Below are positions 60,458 to 64,000 of a DNA stretch of 64,000 bases, in pieces. Source of the stretch: Paecilomyces variotii. Lineage: Eukaryota. Under the pieces are notes generated by a model, which was not told the origin of the DNA, did not search any database, and was given only the letters and a program-made list of their open reading frames with translations. Every line of letters starts with the position of its first letter. The stretch's first letter is position 1. The translations under genes were made by a program, and so were the position numbers. The stretch lies in NCBI GenBank assembly GCA_004022145.1, contig RCNU01000009.1; one strand, written 5' to 3'.

Positions 60458-63400
60458 CCTATCAGTTGACTCGGTTCTGATATGTTCATTGACCACATCA
60501 TGGAATACGAGGTTATACTCACGAAGGACGTGTTGATTTGAAAGGTAATGGCTTTTTGCCAGTCGACCAAAAAGGAGAATTCCGTGTCGGTCTGCCTGGA
60601 TCTCTAACAGAAGGTTTCTAGGGAGGTGCGTGGATACTCGAGACTCAATCAAGCCAGGGTCTTGTCTCATATATGATATAGGTTTCGGGCTGGATTGCCG
60701 ATGTCTCACGTCTTTATGCTGTTCACTGTTCTATTTGTAGTTAACATTATTACGCGGTCAAGCGGCTCATCATCCGAAGTTATTACGGGTGGAAACGCGG
60801 CCGTTTCTAGTGCCAAAGGCTGTCGTTATTATTTTCAGCGTCGATTTCACATGTCCCCATTCTTATGTGTAATAATCTCCTGGCTACTCGCGGGTTAACT
60901 TAGATAGTTATTAACTATTGCTGTTTACATAACTGCCTCGAGCGATTTGTCCCCAGTCTATACGCAACATCTGGCACTGGTGACCGTGTCCATATCCCCA
61001 CAGTGGCACAAAGCACAGATGTCCAGTTCCTTGATTTTTCCCTCCTAACCTCTGTAATTATTATTTACCACACTGCCACCAGACCTATTAAACGCATCAG
61101 AAAACGAACCAACGACCAAGAATCGAAGCCATAAAAAGTATATTATCATTTCCTATCCATTTCTCCTCGGAATTGAGACTCTAAGAGAAAAAAAGGAACG
61201 TGCCCATTATTCGCGGGAACGCCGTTAGGTATTGTATCTAATCTACTTTCTCTCTCATGCTAACGCTCAGGCCGCTTCGTTTAAATCGTTTAAAAAAATA
61301 TTTTAGCTCTGTGCGTCCAATCGTGTAGAAGTATCTGGATTTTTAGAGCCGGGGAAGAAGCGGGTGGCTGATTATAGAGGAAGGATTATTGGGTCTTGGG
61401 TCAGATCTAGATTTTGTTTAATGTTAAGTTGTTAACTAATAACTGTCTCTTGCAGAGATGCCCAGTGCCAAGTATTGGATAGCTCATCTTTGTTGTGGGA
61501 GTGGCGTTGAAGGTTTCTTGTAGCTTGAGGGTCGGGAACGAGGTGATAGAATAGGGGGATGAAATAAAAAAAAGGGGGAAGGGAGAAAAAGAGTTGGCAG
61601 TATACGAAATGTAGGAGGATAATGATAATAATAAGTTAATTAGTCTACTGACAATTGAAGAAAAAAGCATATCGACTTCTAAGTATTTATTCATCACGAT
61701 GATCTCCCGCTCATCACGATCGGCGTGACCCACGGGACGAAGGAAGAACCTAGCAAAGACGTACAGTAGTTACCAGTAGATACTTAAGGAGTAGTTAAGT
61801 ACAGTACTTTACTTTACTGTACTTCGGTCTCGAGTTATCTCCGATTCCTCGATCGTTTCGTGTAACAACTCACAGCATCATGCACGTCAAGGTAGATAAC
61901 GACAAAGTTCTGACAGCCGTCCCGTCTAAAACACCTTATTTTCTTCACCAACAACCTCCCCCTCCCCTCGAAATCCCGCGATGGAAACGAACTAACCCGG
62001 AGAATATCCGCCATAAAACGCCTCCCAACGTGCGAAAGATGAGCTAGAGAGCCCGTGACGAATTTCCCATGTTTCATCTAGCTACTACGGCGCAGCCACA
62101 ACTAAAAATCCTTCGAGTTGATTTTTCATCCTCCAAGGCCCTAACTAATCATACTCCATATTGAGTATTATTAGTCGGCGACGCCGCGACGGATTCTTGT
62201 CCCGCCACCGGTAATTACTAACTCGTAGCTACTGAGTTAATAATTTAACCTCGTTAGGGGCCAATCCCCTCCAAAAAAAGAAGCTGAATAAGTTAAGTAA
62301 TATTCTTTTCATTCGACGAGAATTATTAGATTTAAGTTAGGCTCAAGTTAGATAGGGCGGAGAGCCGTTTTCTTTTTTTTCTTGGCCTCTCGGTAATCTT
62401 CGCCGTTTTATGTTTTCTTAATTCAACTCAATCCAATCCACGGGTCTGGAACTTATTTGAGCCTTTGAGGCTCGTCTAGATAGAAAAGAAAAATGAACTA
62501 CATAGGAGAATGAGAATCTACCTCGGGCCTCCCCGAGAACTCCGTGCGCAAACCGCCCTGGCCAGAAGCCGATCCAGCTTCACTTAAGTTAACGAGCTCA
62601 CGAACCACTAATAATATGCCTGAATCTGATTCAGTAAAATTAGTCTAGTCAGTGAGTCAGTTAGGCTAGATACTCCGTACCCTATCTAACTAAGCTAACT
62701 ACTAACTAACTAACTATATTTAATTACCATATTTTCTTCACAACAAAGTTCAGACTTTCCCCCTTGGCGTTATGCGGCGCAGCAGTGAACATTCCCGAAC
62801 CATTATTGGCTGAGGTAAGTTAGTGTGGCATGCATGGTGTTCCTTTTCGGACCGATAAAACTAATTTCCTGCGGATGTGCTGATCCGACGACTCTAGAGG
62901 ACCCAAGGGCTTACACTAGATAGACGCTGATATGAGTTGGGTAAATGGACTGGGGGTTAGAGTAGTCTAGGCGGCTACCGCGGTGAATTCTGACGAGGAG
63001 GGGGGGTATCAGGATTAGATGAGGCGGAGGATCTAAGTTATTATTATTGATGTTACCAGGTTTAGTGATATGATTATGCAGTTCTGTATGACTGTTCAGA
63101 TGGGTAGTATCTTTCTTCATGGGTCTTCTCAGCTGATTGACCTCGAAATCTGTGTTCCAGGAAAGTTGGCGGATATAATACATAATACTCATCAACCACA
63201 GGTTAGATAGACTAGACTAGACTCCATACCAACGCGTCCTGCAGACAGTTGAGACACGGGAAGACAGATCCTTGGGTCAACTAAAGCAACTAACTTGGGC
63301 TTCGGCTGTCAAACTTCGCCTCGGCCCGCTTCGCTCGGGCCGCTCATAGCTCGTGTGACTGTGACTGTGACAAAAAGTGACAGGGGAGCGCAAGTCGTTG

Positions 63401-63685
63401 TTAATTACCGTTACTGTGAGTAAGCTGCAGTCATGGTGCCAGTTTTGTCGTTATGGAACGGAGGGTGTGGATCGCAGGGCGAAGTTGTCTAAGTGGTGGT
63501 TACGTGGTTACTAGTTACTACTAATTGGGACGTATGTATATGTATAGGAAATGTCTGGTTACGGTACATTAGGTATAGATAGATAGATACAAATGAAATG
63601 AAAAAGGGATATAATCTAGTAAAAACATAGAATAGAAGAATGGTCAGGCTTTTTTTTTTTTTCCGAATGGTAACTACCACCGAAT

Positions 63686-64000
63686 TCACCAGCCATTCTC
63701 CCTTCCGTTATTATGCCGTTCGTTCTCCTCGTTATCCATCAGTTCGATCACATCAGAATCACCGCTCTTCGGCAAGATGCTGACAGTATGTTGGACCGTC
63801 TTCGTAATTCCTGTTCCGGTCAAATTCCGCGACGATGAGATCCGGTAGTTCCGGTCTTCGTAGGAGTTCGGGTCGTTAGAGCTGCCAAAGCACGTTGGGA
63901 AGACTCGTCGGAGGATGGATCGGACGGCTGGCATGCATGTGCAGATGATGCTGACGAAGGCTTCCAATACACTCCAGTATGCGGTCGGCACGTTGTCATC
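63686..64000 (-). CDS. C-terminus of a PTH11-like (rhodopsin-domain) integral membrane protein; gene starts beyond the window
   Basis: PTAYWSVLEAFVSIICTCMPAVRSILRR matches the WSxxE..v.iicaCxP last-TM motif of PTH11-like proteins, followed by a Ser-rich cytoplasmic tail. Confidence 0.75.
   Translation of the reverse strand, partial: DDNVPTAYWSVLEAFVSIICTCMPAVRSILRRVFPTCFGSSNDPNSYEDRNYRISSSRNLTGTGITKTVQHTVSILPKSGDSDVIELMDNEENERHNNGRENGW

Overview
This is intron-containing fungal genomic DNA. Gene content and intron signals point to Eurotiales (Aspergillus/Paecilomyces/Talaromyces-like). From left to right the window holds the 3' end of veA, a frameshifted FunK1-kinase relic, a conserved hypothetical gene, a delta-12 fatty acid desaturase, TRAPPC10/Trs130, an Spt23/Mga2 membrane-tethered transcription factor, a secreted trypsin-fold protease, eIF2D, an ABC-F ATPase, a zinc metallopeptidase with a possible jacalin-like tail and a Dabb-barrel protein. 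It continues with an AlcR-like Zn2Cys6 regulator, a decayed beta-lactamase-family esterase, a Baeyer-Villiger monooxygenase (BVMO), La protein, a TetX-like flavin monooxygenase with a divergent Zn2Cys6 factor, a ChsD-type chitin synthase, Hsp88/Hsp110, a degenerate repeat-bearing region and the 3' end of a PTH11-like membrane protein. The most interesting candidate system is the AlcR-like TF + esterase (pseudogene) + BVMO module. Its divergent promoter is densely packed with WGCGG AlcR-type half-sites, which suggests a ketone-to-ester-to-alcohol catabolic regulon. Also notable: all three predicted introns of the Spt23/Mga2 gene are in frame and stop-free. Exon boundaries were inferred by eye and gene identities from remembered family motifs; no searches were run.
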